Shown: piece by piece, positions 42,456-61,281 of the stretch
How the letters are laid out: the number at the start of each line of letters is the position of its first letter
Position numbering within the stretch: the stretch's first letter is position 1
Origin: Eledone cirrhosa
Taxonomy: Eukaryota
DNA length: 64,000 nucleotides
Assembly (NCBI GenBank): GCA_964016885.1
Contig: OZ024743.1
Coordinates: 196,726,001-196,790,000, forward strand
Reading direction: 5' to 3'
Program-made: the position numbers and the translations under genes
Notes under the pieces: generated by a model
The model's input: only the letters and a program-made list of their open reading frames with translations
Told to the model about the DNA's origin: nothing
Databases searched by the model: none

Positions 42456-43008
42456 AATGATTAAACTATTAAATTATCAATTAAACATTTAATCAAATTT
42501 ATTAATTAAACCTTAGATAAAGTTTTTCAACCTATCATTATAATGAATCCTGCTATTATTCATCCACGCTATATTCGTTTCTTCGCTTCTTCTCTCCTGT
42601 CACGTAAACAAAATTACGCTATTATTGTCCTTATAACTAATATTCTCTCTCACTTAAATATAGTCACGTTTACTCTCTCCCACTGGCAAAAATATATATA
42701 AACTATTCCTTTTCTCTTTCACTTTCTTTTTCCCCTCTTCCAACGGTTTAATTTAAATATACTGTTATTTAAACCTTTCCGACACCAATTTAAAAACTAA
42801 ATCAACAATAAATCTAATATCTCCACTATCCAGCAAGCTCCAACCGGTAAGGTTGCATTTTTTCAGGGTATGTCAATATTTATTTATAAAACTAATCTGT
42901 ATTATATTTTATCTGATGAAAGCGCACCATAATCTACCTTGGTGGCCCTTGAAATATGTATAATGAAATATATATGGTTTTATAAATATAGTTTCCATTT
43001 GTTAATAT

Positions 43009-43910
<902 letters not shown>

Positions 43911-43911
43911 C

Positions 43912-46188
<2,277 letters not shown>

Positions 46189-46304
46189 CACACACACACA
46201 CACATATATATATATATGTGTGTGTGAATATATAAATATTTATATATATATATGTATATATATATGTGTATGTATATAAATATGTGTATGTATATATATA
46301 TATA

Positions 46305-46530
46305 AGCAAAGAGTTATTTAATTTGTTGGTTATTCAACAAATTTAATTATAACAGATTCGAAGCACTCTACAGTTTTCTTCTGGAGTATAAATGGAAACT
46401 ATACTTTATAAAACCATATTTATTTTATTATGTATATTTCAAGGGTACCAAAATTTTGGTACGCACTCTTCAGATAAAATATAAAAGTTGTTTTATAAAT
46501 ATTGACATATCCAAAAAACAAGAACTTATC
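46305..46530 (-). mobile_element. Solo pseudo-LTR with HHR (same family as 40.9/45.9/61.3 kb)
   Basis: Minus strand CTGAAGA..GTACCAA..TTGGTAC..GAAATATACATA ATAAA. Confidence 0.75.
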
Positions 46531-46604
46531 GTTCGTTTTAAGTTCAATTTGATATATATCTATGTGTATGTATATACATAGATATGTATCCCAGTACATA
46601 GATA

Positions 46605-47338
<734 letters not shown>

Positions 47339-47545
47339 TAGGATTGGTGCTCTGAAATAGCGATGTATACATGAATATATGTATAGTATATTTGACAATA
47401 TACTATATGCTTAATTAAAAACATTTTGAAGACCTTGCGCTATTACTTTAAAGTATTGACTATGTCACTTCTTTTTTCTTAAAATAATAGCGCAAGGTCT
47501 TCAAAATGTTTTTAATTAAGCATACAGTATATTGCCAAATATACT

Positions 47546-47574
<29 letters not shown>

Positions 47575-47577
<3 letters not shown>

Positions 47578-47852
47578 CTTTATTTTTAAATTTTCTCATT
47601 CCTTGTATTTTGATCATGCTTTATTTTTATTTATTATTTATTATATTTTTGTCTTTATTTGTTAATTTTTCATTCGCACCGTTTCCTTTCGCTATATGTC
47701 TCTCCACCACTCCCCTACACACCTTTTGAACTCTCACCTGAAGAAGGGCTTATGCCCGAAACGTCGTCCCCCCCTACCCCCCACTCTCCTGAGCGTGAAT
47801 TTAATAAACATTTATCGTACTGCCTCTCTGTTCTGTCCCTGTTCAATTTTTC

Positions 47853-47856
<4 letters not shown>
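47575..47856 (+). mobile_element. Solo pseudo-LTR of the 3734-7217 PLE family with HHR
   Basis: Reverse complement of about 3734-4005; CTGAAGAAGGGCTTATGCCCGAAACGTC. Confidence 0.85.
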
Positions 47857-47905
<49 letters not shown>

Positions 47906-47909
<4 letters not shown>

Positions 47910-48120
47910 AAGGAATTGTGGTAAGGAACCAAATGGACTATAACGCACCAGAGTACTCAATACTTAGCGTAGAATAGAGTGGATAATAGGAAAAAAGTAT
48001 GACCCCGACGACAGAGCTCAAGCCGTTTCGACGGCTATTTCTAGACTCAAAATATTTCGCGTCCAGAAATAGCTGTCGAAACGGGTTGAGCTCTGCCGTC
48101 GGGGTCATACCTTTTCCTAT
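47906..48120. mobile_element. Fold-back mini-insertion of the 36.6-kb PLE pseudo-LTR
   Basis: Hairpin at 47986-48120 plus ~80-bp tail homologous to 36560-36625. Confidence 0.8.
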
Positions 48121-48752
48121 ATATATATATATACATATATATATCAACTAGAAATTGATTGACATATATATATATATATATTTTAAAAAAACGCACGAAA
48201 CAATCACGGGGGATAATTTGTAAAGTGTGTAAGCACACACAACTAGGTAGGTAACTAATGAAAGTTTAACTAGAATTTCAAATATAGATACCTTTTAAAA
48301 TGATTAATCTTCCTTGTATATATTTCATTAAAGAAATATATTTCACCATTAATCGAGAAAATCACAGTAGTCAAACACCGAATTTTCAGCAAGGGAGAAG
48401 ATTTAACTATCTGTGTTTACACAGCAAATGCAAATCTGCAAATGACCCGTCGCACGTGTTGAATTTTTTTAAATAAACAGATCTTACCAGCGTCATCCCA
48501 GTGGCGTGAATAGGATTATCGACAGCTAGAAATAGCAGCCGAGTCCTTTCAACTGAGTTAGCTCTACAATTAAGGGGCCGTATATAGATCCAAAATTAAA
48601 TTAAGGGTGTCATGTCCGAGACATGCGCCATATCCACTGTAGAATATGTTCAAAGATTCCAATGAGTAGATCCGAGCATTTTATATCAACTAGAAATTGA
48701 TTGACATATAAATATATATAAAATAAACACATGACAACCTTCATTTAATTTT

Positions 48753-48808
<56 letters not shown>

Positions 48809-49030
48809 GCACATATATATATCTATATACATACACATATCTATATATATATACATATATATATATGTACACATATATATATATATGTGTGTGTATATAT
48901 ATATACATACACATATATATATACATATATATATACACATATATATATACACATATATGTATACATATATATATATATATATGTGTGTGTATACATATAT
49001 GTGTATATATATATATGTATATATATATGC

Positions 49031-49111
<81 letters not shown>

Positions 49112-49344
49112 TATATATATATGTATATATATATAAAGTCCCTTGTTGTACAGCCTACCATGTTATTCTTCATTCTTTCACTATTATTACTCCAAGTATA
49201 ACCTGCATAGGAATTCTCGCGAACTCGCTGCCTAACTATGGAAACATCTTGTTGAGTCAAACAACGCCGTACGTTAAAACTATCCACAATACAGAGTACT
49301 CACAACCTCTAACTGGATTACCTATAACGAAAACTTGTTATTCC

Positions 49345-49485
<141 letters not shown>

Positions 49486-50120
49486 TGTATGTATGTATGT
49501 ATGTATGTATGTATGTATGTATGTATGTATGTATGTCTCATGGTCGGGTCGTTGGCGACTAAACTGGCAACCCCACCAAGGTTTCTTGGTGAGGAGGGTG
49601 ACTTTGGACATCCTGCAGGAATAAAAACAAAAACCTGTCAAAGGGCAAAGGAGCTCTTAAGAGTCAATAGCCATCCAAAATCACCGGGAGAGATTACCCC
49701 TTAGCCTTTGTCAAGGCAGAATTCTAGGAGAAGGAAAACTCTGATATAACACCTGCAACCCTGATGGTATCCAATGATGTTGACTTGTTCTTCTTTTTGG
49801 TAAATATCATCTTGGTTAAGAGAGTGGGACTGGCTTTGTGCAGCGCCTATACTCACTATAAAAGCTTCACGGCACAGGCATTGCTTTATATCTGGAGATC
49901 TCTCTGCACTTGTCGTCACATGGTACCATGGGCCCAGCACTATGTGTCAATAATTGTCATAAGTGTAGTGTTTGTACCAGAGTTTTCAAGTCGCTGGCTG
50001 GACTAAAAAGTCACACTCGTTCAGCGCATCGGTAGGGGTTCTCCTACATGGATATAAAGTAGTGGCCGTACTCGAAAACGAGTTGGCAGCCACCATGTAT
50101 GTATGTATATGTATGTATAT

Positions 50121-50162
<42 letters not shown>

Positions 50163-50896
50163 CTATATATATATATGTATGGTGCTACTGGTAACATGTA
50201 TCCCAGTACAACCTGTCTCATGGTCGGGTCGTTGGCGACTAAACTGGCAACCCCACCAAGGTTTCTTGGTGAGGAGGGTGACTTTGGACATCCTGCAGGA
50301 CTAAAAACAAAATCTGTCAAAGGGAAAAGGAGCTCTTAAGAATCAATGGCCATCCAAAATCACCGGGAGAGATGACCCCTTAGCCTTTGTCAAGGCAGAA
50401 TTCTAGGAGAAGGAAAACTCTGATATAACACCTGCAACCCTGATGGTATCCAATGATGTTGACTTGTTCTTCTTTTTTGGTAAATATCATCTTGGTTAAG
50501 AGAGTGGGACTGGCTTTGTGCAGTGCCTTTGCTCACTATAAAAGCTTCACGTCACAGGCATTGCTTTATATCTGGAGATCTCTCTGCACTTGTCGTCACA
50601 TGGTACCATGGGCGCAGCACTATGTGTCAATAATTGTCACAAGTGTAGTGTTTGTACCAGAGTTTTCAAGTCGCTGGCTGGACTAAAAAGTCACACTCGT
50701 TCAGCGCATCGGTAGGGGTTCTCCTACATGGATATAAAGTGGTGGCCGTACTCGAAAACGAGTTGGCAGCCACCATATGTATATATATATGTATATATAT
50801 ATGTATGTATATGTATTAATATATATATGTATGTATATGTATATATATATGTGTGGGTGTGTGTGTGTGTGTGTGTTGTGTGTGTGTGAGTGTGTG

Positions 50897-50981
<85 letters not shown>

Positions 50982-52020
50982 CAACATAGACCAGCAGTGG
51001 ACAAAGGTACATCTAAATATGTGTGCGTGAAGTTGTGTGTGTTTGTCTTTGGACATACATTTTTGCAAAGAAAAATAACAAACAGGAAGCCCTATAAAAA
51101 ATACTTTAAAGTGACGTAAATATCCATTTTCTGGAGGATATTTCAAAATCTGTAAAGTAATACATCATCTCCTCTGTTAATCTTCTTATCTTTCTTTTTT
51201 CTTTATTCTATTTCTTTCTTTATTATTTTTGTTTATTTATTTCTTCTTTTGCTTCTTTCTTTCTTTCTTTATTTATTTATTTATTTATTTATTTCCATCA
51301 TCTTGATTTCTTTCCTGTTTTCCTCGTCCTGGTGTCTCGTTCAATCTCTCCAATTTCCTTTCAGTATTTCATATATCATGGCTCCTTCGCCCAGTTATTC
51401 GTTCCAAATTAATTATAGATGCCATATGTATTTCATCTTTTCAAATTTATGAATGATTTAGTAAGTTACAAATAATTTAATTTAAGATATGAATCCCATA
51501 TCATAATAGTATACAGACAGTGGATAGAGAAGTAGGTTTTCTATCACAACAAGCCGATGGTTTTGGTGTGCATCCTTGCCAATATCATTGCCATAAATAT
51601 AATATATACAACCACTAAGAAATATTTAGCTGCCTATGTTTTACTGTTTACTTCATAAATTGAAAACCAGCATTGACATCTCAGAAACTACTATGATGAG
51701 AGAAATATCTAAGTCGTATTTTTAAAATTGTTAACAACCATTAGATCATTTAACAATCGTTAGATCATCGGACTAAATGGTTACATGGCAACATCTTTAT
51801 ATTAGAAGTTCAAATACCGCCGAGATAAATTTGCCTTTCATACTTCCTGCTTCGATAAACTAAAGTACCAGTCATGTACTTCGGGATTTATCGACATTCC
51901 CTTCCTCTAAAATTCCTGGCTTTGTGCCAAAATTAGAAACCATTATATTGGAATAAGAAAAGATTACTCGTATGTTTTTCCTTTGTTTTCGTTCACTATT
52001 GTATCATGTTATTTGGATAC

Positions 52021-52209
52021 GGAGGATTGGCAGTATCGGTAGAGGGTCGGACGCCATGCTTTGACGCATAGAGTTACGGTCCTTGCCATTCTGAGTTCAA
52101 ATCCTGCCGAGGTTAACTTTGCCTTTCATCCTTTCGGGGTCGATAAAATAAAGTACCAGTAATACACTGGGTAATTGCTGGTCTTGTGCCAAATGTAGAA
52201 ACAGTTATT
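52021..52209 (+). mobile_element. tRNA-derived SINE (older relative at about 51790-51948)
   Basis: A-box, GAGTTCAAATCC B-box, gcctttcatcctttcggggtcgataaa core. Confidence 0.88.
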
Positions 52210-53216
52210 TGGATATCCAACATGTGGTCAAATATATCCGAGGTTCTAACGATTCTGCCAATTCGCTTCTTCATCATCCACTAGGTAGAATTATGCTTGT
52301 TTTCTGGACACATGCAGTTGTAACCTTGATCATAGACAGGTTAGGCAACACATGTACCTAACAATAATAGCAAATAATTCCTATTTCATTTTGAAATTTT
52401 AATATGCACATGGCTATCTACCTATTTATCGTAAAATCACTTAAACTTTAACTTTACAAAATACTTCAGTAATGCTGGTATAGTCACTGTCTCCGTCTTT
52501 CTTACTCTCCCCATCTCTCACTATTATAAGTAAACAGGAGCCCACGCGCTGGCCGCCCCACGTCCCTGGCGGACAGAAAAGAGAAGGCGTTGGTGGTGAG
52601 TAGGGAGGTGGTCCTAGGGCCAAGAACATCAGAAGTCTCCACTGCTATTTATATTCAGCCTTATATTCAGCCTTATACCACACTTACAATCGTCCTGGTC
52701 AGCTTTCCAATTAGATCCGGTGCATTGACTACATAAGAAGATTTTGAAGTAGAGTTTATATTATGTATATTTCTTCACAGACATGTATATATGGGCCCAT
52801 AATTCTGGATTGAGTCGTAGAGGCAGCTGCGGGTAGCCAACTCTGTACTGACAATGGTGAATATGAGGTTATCTTAGGGCAAAGGACACCAGAAGTCGCC
52901 GCTGCTAGGTAGATATATTTTCCTCTGCAAATCGGAATTCCACGAAGACATAAAACGATTTCTATCGCGACCAGGAAACATGTTATTTTAGAAACCGGAA
53001 ATAATGTGTAACACAATAGTCACGAAATATAAGTTTATATATTCTGATTTGAATTTGTATACATACATGTGAATAAACAAGTTGATATAATGTATACAAA
53101 AGCGTTATTTATTTTAGCTTGCTTACACACATGCATGCAGACGCTTATCTCCACGAACTGTGTTTTTTTAAATGTATTTAATGTAAATATACATGCAAGT
53201 ATGAATAAATCAGGGT

Positions 53217-54571
<1,355 letters not shown>

Positions 54572-55432
54572 TAACTTTAACTTTGATAACTTTAATAGGT
54601 TTCGGCTAGTATTAGCCCAGGCCATGTCTAACTTAATAGCACCACCTGGCGAAGTCTGACAAATCAGTGTTGGGGCACCATGGCCCACTCGAGCAGAGAG
54701 TTATTGTTTACGGAGGCATATGCGGGTGTAGGAGGCTTATCCGGGATTTGTTGAAGGAATTTATCCAAAGACTTCTTGAACTGGATGGGGTCTGTCTCTG
54801 CTTTGATGTGTTTTGGTGTAATGTTAAAGAGAGCAGGGCCAATTGAGGTGAAATAATTGTGCCGTATTGTTGTTATGGGATGCGAGTGAGATTTTTGTCG
54901 TGGGCGGATAGCATGGGGCCTATGTCTTGGGTGTACACTAAAGGTGATGCCAACATCATTTGGGCAAAGCTGATGGAATATTTTCCACATCATGCAGATA
55001 ATGTAGCGCTCACGGCGACGTTGGAGAGAATAAAGGTTGAGCTTTTCTAATCGACTCCAATAGTCAAGGCCTGTCATGCCAACTATCTTTTTGTAATTGA
55101 CCTTTGGGGTGCTTCAAATTTCATGATACTTTGTTTCGTGTGGGGAGACCACAGTGGACAACAGTATTCAAGGTGGGTTGGGCAAAAGTGGAGAAGAGTG
55201 TAGATATCTCTCGACTGGAAAGTTCTGAGAATCCAGGAACACATTCTGCGGGCCATATCAACTTTGCTGTTTATATGAGTGGCCCAGGTTATATTGTTGT
55301 CCACAATTACTCCCGGGTCTTTGATGTTGTTGGATGCCACTAGAGTTTCACCCGAAGGAAGGGAGTATGGGAGTTTTAGGGCATCCTTTTTTTCCAAAGT
55401 GGATTAATTCAAACTTATCCTCATTCAACAGC
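54572..55432 (-). mobile_element. CR1/L2-group LINE 3' fragment (family of 32308-34786)
   Basis: Reverse complement of about 33950-34786; LEYCCPLWSPH, LYSLQRRRERY. Confidence 0.9.
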
Positions 55433-55511
55433 ATATATGTTTATATATATATATATGTCTATAAATATATATATGTTTATATATATATATGTATATATAT
55501 ATATACATGTA

Positions 55512-55742
<231 letters not shown>

Positions 55743-55831
55743 ATATATATATATGTGTGTGTATATATATATATGTGTGTATATATATATATGTATGTAT
55801 ATATATATATGTGTATATATATATATCTATG

Positions 55832-55906
<75 letters not shown>

Positions 55907-56005
55907 GTATGTATATATAAATATGTGCATATGTATATATATGTCTATAAATATATATATGTTTATATATATATATGTATGTATATATACATGTATGTAT
56001 TTATA

Positions 56006-56076
<71 letters not shown>

Positions 56077-56199
56077 TTTATATATATTTATTAAAATAAC
56101 AGATTAGTCTTCAAATTTATTATTATTACTATATATATATATGTATATATATATGTATGTATGTATATATATATATATGTATATATATATATGTATATA

Positions 56200-56693
56200 T
56201 ATTCATTAGTTAAGCAAAACAAGACCACACATTTCACAAGGAAGACATTATTTAAAGATTTTCAACATAGTTGTAGTTTAATGTAAGGAATATAAAGAAG
56301 AAGAAGAATAATACTAATAATGTCCGTTTACAATTGTTTCGCTACTCCATATAATTTTTCTGGATCAAATGATTATAGATCATTATTGATCTGGTTCAGT
56401 TGAAGATAATTAACTTAGGAAAAATTGCTTAATTTATATTCCTTTTGAAGTTCCGATGAACTGCTCCAATTTTATCTAAGTTAATTATCTTCAACTGAAC
56501 CAGATCAATAATGATCTATAATCATTTGATCCAGAAACATTAGATGGAGTAGCGAAAAAATTGTAAAGGGACATTATTAGTATTATTATTAGTATTCCTT
56601 ACATTCCTTACATTAAACTACAACTATGTTGACAATCTTTAAATAATGTCTTCCTTGTGAAATTTGTGGTCTTGTTTTGCTTAACTAATGAAT
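56200..56693. mobile_element. Fold-back element with candidate expanded HHR
   Basis: 56200-56420 is the reverse complement of about 56475-56693; fragment at 39100-39220. Confidence 0.8.
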
Positions 56694-56874
56694 ATTTCCA
56701 TCTCTCTGCACCTAACTTCTGCATGAACCCAGCCACCTAGCTGCCTTCCACTGCATATTGCACATTGAGCACATGCCTTTACGCTTTTGGCTTCTAACTA
56801 ATTCACCAATCTCTCTTCTCCTCTCCTCATCCACCTCTCTCTTTAAGATTGGTTACTCTTGAACTGTGTATATG

Positions 56875-56911
<37 letters not shown>

Positions 56912-57016
56912 GTATATATGTATATATGTATGTATATATGTATATATTTATGTGTATATGTAGGAGGTGAGTTTTATTGTAGCACAATAAAGCAATGTGT
57001 ATATATATATATATAT

Positions 57017-57660
57017 ATATAAAACATGAGAAGAAAGAAGAATACTGCGTGGTTTGCACATGGGTTACATATGATAAAAATAGTCCTTAGTCAGTGATTT
57101 TCCAACCATCATTGGTATTTCATCGCATTAAAAATCAGATACCTCAGGTTGGTGCGAACAATAACTAAAAAAAGTTATTGGGACCAGAATTCGCGTAAGG
57201 CGAGGGGGACAAGTAAACAACATAGAAGGATAAAAGCAAACCGAAGATAGGAAAATAAACAAGCAACATGGTTGTCCGGTCAGCATAAGCTGGGTGGATT
57301 TCATGAGCGAGAGGGGTACAGACCGTGTTGATGTGTGTGAGATGTGAGCAAGAAGAGACCCACACAAGCCAAACGGGAGGTAGTGAGAAGGGTAGAAACA
57401 GAGAGTGAGTCAGTGGAAGTGTGAGGAAGAGGTCAGTCGAGAGAAAGTGTAACTGATAGAGGGGGCGAAAGAAGGTGAGAGAAACAGAGAGAGCGGGGAA
57501 GCAGTAAGGGAGAAACAGACAAACGCAGCCGAGGTAAATATATATAAAAAACAGGAGAAGAAAGAAGAATACTGCGTGGTTTGCACATGGGTTACATATG
57601 ATAAAAATAGTCCTTCGTCAGTGATTTTCCAACCATCATTGGTATTTCATCGCATTAAAA

Positions 57661-57664
<4 letters not shown>
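57017..57664 (-). mobile_element. 527-bp retrozyme-like unit with ~120-bp terminal direct repeat, permuted-HHR family
   Basis: 57020-57137 repeated at 57546-57664; full motif at 57083-57184. Confidence 0.85.
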
Positions 57665-57719
<55 letters not shown>

Positions 57720-57965
57720 ATATAAGTACGTACACGTACATACATATATGTATACAGACGTACAGTAGTATGTATATATATATACATACATGCACACATA
57801 TATATATGTACGTATGGATTCACCGAACATTTATTATAATACTCGGTGTGTTTGTAAACAAACATCCCGTATCAAGCTATATGGATAAACCCCGGTTACG
57901 GCCTCCCACAAGCCTCCCACAAGCCCCCCCCCCCTCACAGAGCTGGCATATCTAAGAACTGACTA

Positions 57966-58021
57966 ACTGCCTGATGAGGTCATAGCCATTCAATGGCTAT
58001 CATCGAAATATATATAGCAGT
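57966..58021 (+). ncRNA. Type I hammerhead motif
   Basis: ACTGC CTGATGA GGT c ATAGCCATT c AATGGCTAT c ATC GAAATATATAT A GCAGT. Confidence 0.82.
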
Positions 58022-58094
58022 AAATAAAGGATTATGAGTTCATGCAATGGACTTATGTTTCGTCACTATATATATATATATATGTGTATATATA

Positions 58095-58209
<115 letters not shown>

Positions 58210-58264
58210 AACAAGGGGAGAAGAATACTGCATGGTTGCACATGGATTACATATTATAAAATTA

Positions 58265-58366
58265 GTCCCTCATCAGTGATTTGCCAACCATCATTGGTAT
58301 TTCATCGCATTAAAAATCAGATACCTCAGGTTGGTGCGAGCAATAACTAAAATAAGTTATTGGGAC
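58265..58366 (-). ncRNA. Candidate non-circularly permuted hammerhead ribozyme (best copy; element about 58205-58545)
   Basis: GTCC CAATAAC..GTTATTG c TCGCA CCAACC tga GGTAT C TGATTT ttaa TGCGA T GAA ATACC aatgat GGTTGG c AAATCA CTGATGA G GGAC. Confidence 0.78.
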
Positions 58367-58571
58367 AAGTGAAACGCGTAAAGCGAGTGAGACAAGTAAA
58401 CAACAGAAGGAAAAACAAACCCAAGGTTGGAAAAACAACAAGCAACATGATAGTTATCCGATCAGCATAAGCTGGGTGAATTTCATGAGCCGTCAGAGAA
58501 GCAGACCGTACGCCATGAATGCGGTGTGAGAAAGAAGGAACCCCACTACTATATATATATATGAATATTTA

Positions 58572-58995
58572 GGCAGTGATCTACATGTGGAAATTCCTGG
58601 AGCGACTATCACCAAACTTTGGCATTGGGAGCTGGACCAACCGTCGAACAGGACGTCACTGTGTGGTGCCAAAAGTCCCGTCTTCTACATCTAGAATAAG
58701 GAGCAGATATTGCAATAGCCTGGGGTTCAAGGGCCCTCAACTCTTCAACAAGCCGAGGGATCTGAGAGATCTGCATGATGTGGATGTCTTCAAGAAACAT
58801 CTCGACACCTTGCTATCCAGGATCCTGGATGAGCCCACAGCAAAGCACGGGGGAAACGTAAGGGCAGCAGCAACGAACTCCCTCTTGCACCAGTGGCCAA
58901 CCAATACAGGCTGCAGATGAAATGTGTAGCACAAGGGCGGTGCCCCAGCATGGCCTCAGCCGGATGGCTGGAACAGGTAAAAGAGTAAAAGAGTG
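58572..58995 (+). mobile_element. CR1/L2-group LINE 3' fragment (family of 34914-35720)
   Basis: Reverse complement of about 34914-35272; IYMWK..GPQLFN. Confidence 0.88.
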
Positions 58996-59036
58996 TATAT
59001 GTATGTATATAAATGTATATATATATATATGTATAA

Positions 59037-59122
<86 letters not shown>

Positions 59123-59140
59123 ATGTATGTATATATATAA

Positions 59141-59172
<32 letters not shown>

Positions 59173-59175
59173 AAA

Positions 59176-59890
59176 TATTGTTATACTTTGGGAGGTTCAT
59201 GTTGCCAATAAGAAACACACGCACCAGTTGCTTTCACTTCAATTTATTATAATAAATTTATAAATTTATAAATTTCTGGTTGGTTGGTTGGTTCCACAAC
59301 CAGATAGTTGTTTATATATAGTCATAGTTCTTTCGTCACACACTCTGTGACCTCTTCAGTGACTGGGGATTCCTTTCTTTGTTTCTGTGCCTCTCTTTTG
59401 TTCTGTCCTACGCCATTTTGTTTCTGTGTGTGAAAACACACACACACATAGAACAAACAACCAACCAGTAACATGTAAATAAACAAATAAATAAATGAAC
59501 ATAAACACACACAGACACCCGGATATGGCGCATGCGCAGACTGAGCACACAACACACACACAGAAACAAAATGGCGTAGGACAGAACAAAAGAGAGGCAC
59601 AGAAACAAAGAAAGGAATCCCCAGTCACTGAAGAGGTCACAGAGTGTGTGACGAAAGAACTCTGACTATATATAAACAACTATCTGGTTGTGGAACCAAC
59701 CAACCAACCAGAAATTTATAAATTTATAAATTTATTATAATTTATTATAAATTTATTATAATAAATTGAAGTGAAAGCAACTGGTGCGTGTGTTTCTTAT
59801 TGGCAACATGACCCTCCCAAAGTATAACAATATCGGTTTCAACACACGATTTCAGATAAAGAATCTTGCTAAACAAATTCAGAAACGAAA
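59176..59890. mobile_element. Fold-back HHR-bearing element; HHRs at 59320-59364 (minus) and 59623-59667 (plus)
   Basis: ~260-bp inverted arms; homologous to 18871-19459. Confidence 0.88.
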
Positions 59891-59983
59891 TATATATAAA
59901 TATGTATATATATAAATGTATATATATATGCATAATTATATAAAAATATATATAAATGTACATATATATATGTATATATATAA

Positions 59984-60097
<114 letters not shown>

Positions 60098-60118
60098 GTA
60101 TATATATATATATATATA

Positions 60119-60560
60119 TTGCTGTAGTGGAGTCTGTGCTGCTGTATGGGTCTGAGACTTGGACACTGACCAAGAGACTCACTCAGATGGGGGATGGGTG
60201 CTACACGAGAATGCTGAGGATGGCTCTGAACATTAATCAGTATACACTGAGGATGAAAAACTCAGAGCTGTATGGGAGCATCCCAAAAGTCAGCTCAAAA
60301 GTGACACAGAGGAGACTGAGGTTGGCTGGACATGCTCACCGACATCCAGAGTTGACATTGCACTCAGTGCTCCTTTGGGAACCCCTACATGGACACACTA
60401 GAAGAGGAAGACCAAGGTTAACTTATGTTGATGCCCTAAGGACAGACACTGGTCTGTTGGAGATGCAGGATATGGCAGCGATAATGAGGGACAGAGACCG
60501 CTGGAGAGAACTCGTCCATGGATCTCGGGAATTTTACCCGCCTTAGATAGATAGATAGAT
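60119..60560 (+). mobile_element. RTE LINE 3' fragment with (TAGA)n tail
   Basis: [12 protein letters not shown]...GSREFYPP*. Confidence 0.9.
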
Positions 60561-61181
60561 ATAAATGTATATATATATAAATGTATATATATATATATAT
60601 ATGTATGTATATATATATGTATATATATAAATGTATATATATGTATATATATAATAAATGTATAATTTTAGTCTACGACTTCTGCTATACCATTTACGTG
60701 GTTTTGTCTTTGCGTGCTATTGTTCTCCACGCTCCACATATGACTTATTATCTTCGTTTTTTCGTTCATTGCCAGAGAACGTCTCTATGCACCACCTAAG
60801 AGAACATTAGTCTACGACCTCTTTTATACCATAAACGTGGTTCTGTCTTTGCATGTAATTTTTTGTCACCGCTCCTATTAATGACGTTTTATTCGTTTTT
60901 TCCCATTCTTTGCCAGCGAACGTTACCACGAACCAAAGTATCGTCTTCCTGTCTTCCTCCGGTTGCAACGTTTTTTGAAATATCCAGTTCTGCGTTTACA
61001 GATTGACTTTGTGAGTTTCAGAAGATCCCGTTAAGGGTGAAAGCAGCCATTCTTTGCTTAAACTTTAATCTGCTATTTTAATAAATATTTGCTCTACGGT
61101 TCTTATATATTTGATATATATTTTCCTTATCGAGCCCTCTTTGGATTTTAGTCTTCAATTTTATTATTATTACTATAAATG

Positions 61182-61213
<32 letters not shown>

Positions 61214-61245
61214 TATATGTATATATATATGTATGTATATATATG

Positions 61246-61280
<35 letters not shown>

Positions 61281-61281
<1 letters not shown>

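Noticed and set aside
50180-50255. HDV-like ribozyme at the 5' end of the RTE-related element (CCAGT..GG GTCG ttgg CGAC TAA ACTGG)
   Set aside because: P2/P4-like pieces are present but I could not build a canonical P1/P3/L3 by eye
52400-53030. Possible host exon in the unique-looking region
   Set aside because: Short ORFs with no recognisable motif; no supportable splice structure
60668-60925. Two ~140-bp imperfect tandem repeats
   Set aside because: Diverged local duplication with no motif or structure that I could assign
61012-61052. HHR-like CAGAAGA T CCC gttaa GGG T GAAAGCAGCC
   Set aside because: U4 and U16.1 are both missing and stem I is unconvincing; at best a decayed copy
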